NCBI GenBank assembly: GCA_963770375.1
Contig: CAVYPM010000008.1
Span: forward strand, 93,999-157,998
DNA: 64,000 nt
Direction: 5' to 3'
Origin: an uncultured Actinomycetes bacterium
GTDB taxonomy: Bacteria; Actinomycetota; Actinomycetes; Streptosporangiales; Streptosporangiaceae
Below are positions 61,800-64,000 of this stretch, in pieces (within the stretch, counting starts at the first letter, position 1; each line of letters starts with the position of its first letter). The position numbers and the translations under genes are program-made. The notes under the pieces are model-generated. The model searched no databases. It worked only from the letters and a program-made list of their open reading frames with translations, and was not told the origin of the DNA.

Positions 61800-63073
61800 C
61801 GGCCGCTCCCGCCGTAGACGACCGCTTCCTCGTCCCCGGAGGCGAGGTCGAAGGCCTGGTGGGTCGCGGTGACGGCCTGGTTCACGTCGTTCTCGTCGAC
61901 GACCACGGAGATCCTGATCTCGGAGGTGGAAATCATCTCGATGTTCACCCCTGCCTCGGCCAGCGCGCCGAAGAACGTGGCGCTCACCCCGGGGTGGGAC
62001 CGCATGCCCGCCCCGATCAGTGAGACCTTGCCGATCCGGTCGTTGTAGAGCAGCGAGTCGAAGCCCACCTCGTCCTTGACCCGGCGCAGGGCCTCCATCG
62101 CCGCCTGGCCGTCCTCGCGGGGCAGCGTGAAGGAGATGTCCGTGCGGCCGGTCGCCGCCGCGGAGATGTTCTGCACGATCATGTCGATGTTGATCGCCGC
62201 GTCGGCGATCACCCGGAAGATCAGGGCGGCCTCGCCGACCTTGTCCGGGACGCCCACGACGGTGATCTTGGCTTCGCTCCTGTCGTGCGCCACGCCGGAG
62301 ATGATCGCCTGCTCCATCTCGCTGCCTTCCTGCGCTGTGATCGACCCGGTCACCCAGGTGCCTTCGCGGTTGCTGAACGACGACCGGACGTGGACCGGGA
62401 TGCTGTACCGCCGGGCGTACTCCACGCAGCGCAGCACCAGGACCTTGGCGCCGCAGGCGGCCATCTCGAGCATTTCCTCGTAGCTGATCCGCGGGATCCG
62501 CCTGGCCTGCGGCACGATCCGCGGGTCCGCGGTGAACACGCCGTCCACGTCGGTGTAGATCTCGCAGTAGTCCGCGCCGAGCGCCGCGGCCAGCGCCACC
62601 GCGGTGGTGTCGGTGCCGCCCCGGCCCAGCGTGGTGATGTCCTTGCCGTCCTGGGAGACGCCCTGGAATCCGGCCACGATCGGGATCGCGCCCTGGTCCA
62701 GCGCGCTCTGGATGCGCCCCGGCGTGATGTCGATGATGCGCGCCTTGCCGTGCGCCGAGTCGGTGATCACGCCGGCCTGCGAGCCGGTGAACGACCGGCC
62801 CTCCAGGCCCAGGTTGGCGATGGCCATGGCCAGCAGCGCCATCGAGATGCGCTCGCCTGCGGTCAGCAGCATGTCCAGCTCACGGCCCGGCGGCAGCGGG
62901 CTGACCTGGTGCGCCAGGTCCATCAGCTCGTCGGTGGTGTCTCCCATCGCGGACACCGCGACGACCACCGAATGGCCGGCTTTCCTGGTGGCCACGATCC
63001 GCTGGGCGACGCGCTTGATCCCGTCCGCGTCGGCCACCGATGATCCACCGTACTTCTGCACGACCAGGGCCAC
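61796..63073 (-). CDS. ask: Aspartate kinase (alpha subunit; internal in-frame start for the beta subunit expected at [12 protein letters not shown])
   Basis: [23 protein letters not shown]..., two C-terminal ACT domains, 425 aa. Confidence 0.9.
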   Translation of the reverse strand: MALVVQKYGGSSVADADGIKRVAQRIVATRKAGHSVVVAVSAMGDTTDELMDLAHQVSPLPPGRELDMLLTAGERISMALLAMAIANLGLEGRSFTGSQAGVITDSAHGKARIIDITPGRIQSALDQGAIPIVAGFQGVSQDGKDITTLGRGGTDTTAVALAAALGADYCEIYTDVDGVFTADPRIVPQARRIPRISYEEMLEMAACGAKVLVLRCVEYARRYSIPVHVRSSFSNREGTWVTGSITAQEGSEMEQAIISGVAHDRSEAKITVVGVPDKVGEAALIFRVIADAAINIDMIVQNISAAATGRTDISFTLPREDGQAAMEALRRVKDEVGFDSLLYNDRIGKVSLIGAGMRSHPGVSATFFGALAEAGVNIEMISTSEIRISVVVDENDVNQAVTATHQAFDLASGDEEAVVYGGSGR

Positions 63074-63195
63074 AGGTCGCCGCTCCTTCTCTCCCGGGGG
63101 CCGGCGGTCCGCTTGAGTCTATCCAGCGGCCCGGGAGGATTGCCCAGCCATAAACGGCGCGGGCGGCCCGGCGGACGGCGCGCGGCCGGCCCGGC

Positions 63196-63777
63196 TCAGC
63201 TGACCGCGGGGTCCTCGGCGACGTCGAGGCGGGCGTGCGCGACCACGGCGTGCAGGGCGCGCAGGGCGGCGCCGCCGTGCAGGCCCCAGTGGTTGACGTA
63301 GGAGTACTGCCACCACCACAGCGCCTCGGACGACCGGCCCGCCTCGTAGTGCTGCAGGCCGTGGATCAGGTCCGCGGCGATCGTGGCCAGGTCGTCGGAC
63401 AGCCGGAAGGCGGTCGCCTTGGCGTCCGAGTACGGGTCGAACAGCTCGGCGTAGTCGTCCACGTGCTCGAGCCGGGCGGCCAGGCCGGTGCGCAGCACGT
63501 CCAGGTCGGGATCGGCACCGACGTCGGGTTCCCAGTTGCCGGGCAGGATCACGTCCTTGCTGGCGCCGAGCTTGGCCCCGGTCAGCTGGATCTGCGCGAC
63601 CTCGAGCAGCAGCAGCGGCACGGTTTCCTCGCCGCCCTCGCCCCGGGCCAGCGCGGCCACCCCGTCGATGAAGTCCCTGGCGCTCTGCGCCACCTGGTGT
63701 GCCAGCGGGCGCCAGTCCTCACCGGGCCGGGCTGCGCTGTCCCCATGGTCAGACATCCAGCAGTCTCCGTCCTTCAA
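63196..63777 (-). CDS. Conserved hypothetical protein (DUF5063-like) between recR and ask
   Basis: Acidic 190-aa protein; conserved neighbourhood (recR upstream). Confidence 0.45.
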   Translation of the reverse strand: MKDGDCWMSDHGDSAARPGEDWRPLAHQVAQSARDFIDGVAALARGEGGEETVPLLLLEVAQIQLTGAKLGASKDVILPGNWEPDVGADPDLDVLRTGLAARLEHVDDYAELFDPYSDAKATAFRLSDDLATIAADLIHGLQHYEAGRSSEALWWWQYSYVNHWGLHGGAALRALHAVVAHARLDVAEDPAVS

Positions 63778-64000
63778 ACGCGCGTCCCAGGGTGACCTCG
63801 TCGGCGTACTCCAGATCCCCGCCCACCGGAAGCCCGCTCGCGGGCCTGGTCACCCTGATGCCCAGCGGCTTGATCAGCCGGGCCAGGTAGGTGGCGGTGG
63901 CCTCGCCCTCCAGGTTGGGGTCGGTCGCCAGGATCAGCTCCGTGACCTCACCGTCGGCCAGCCGCGTCATCAGCTCCTTGATCCGCAGATCCTCCGGGCC
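63749..64000 (-). CDS. recR: Recombination protein RecR, C-terminal (Toprim) part; gene continues beyond the window end
   Basis: [22 protein letters not shown]...[20 protein letters not shown] (Toprim DxD/acidic loop). Confidence 0.8.
   Translation of the reverse strand, partial: GPEDLRIKELMTRLADGEVTELILATDPNLEGEATATYLARLIKPLGIRVTRPASGLPVGGDLEYADEVTLGRAFEGRRLLDV

Noticed and set aside
63074-63195. Possible lysine riboswitch (L-box) in the ask leader
   Set aside because: The 120-nt leader is GC-rich without the conserved L-box helices, and actinobacterial ask genes are not typically L-box controlled.

Overview
High-GC (~72%) actinobacterial chromosomal window. The backbone follows the synteny seen in Mycobacterium and Streptomyces: (AlaX-like)-disA-mutY / clpC1-lsr2 / lysS-coaX-panC-(DUF2520)-(DUF3180)-folK-folB-folP-(MprF-like)-folE-ftsH-hpt-tilS-(Zn protease)-dacB / ppa-crp / MBL-NUDIX-ridA-(DUF4177)-SPFH / arsA-like x2 / whiB4 / ponA2 / yqeY / metallophosphoesterase / tRNA-Pro, and at the far end msrB / DUF1211 / asd-ask / DUF5063 / recR. 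Two accessory insertions interrupt it. (i) Between lsr2 and lysS sits a COG1379 PHP-phosphoesterase/Zn-ribbon fused to a UvrD-like SF1 helicase, plus an NlpC/P60 endopeptidase controlled by a ydaO-type c-di-AMP riboswitch; the c-di-AMP synthase gene disA lies 9 kb away in the same window. (ii) A ~20-kb block follows tRNA-Pro (39.7-59.3 kb). It contains a tRNA-Gly-like 3' fragment, a DinB-like fragment, a PLDc_N/SHOCT protein, an FGE+arylsulfatase pair, an ABC-2 exporter, and a giant ORF combining two FHA domains with a CYP102 (P450 BM3)-like heme domain and a diflavin reductase. It also holds a four-gene hypothetical operon preceded by a ~95-nt element whose second copy sits in the clpC1-lsr2 intergenic region, and a ZAS anti-sigma/ECF sigma pair. 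At least six conserved genes (panC, tilS, FGE, ABC-2 permease, the P450-reductase linker, and one hypothetical) carry single-nucleotide frameshifts in G/C runs. Because panC and tilS are effectively essential, assembly indel errors are the most likely explanation, but pseudogenisation cannot be excluded from the sequence alone. No CRISPR array, transposase or integrase was recognised.
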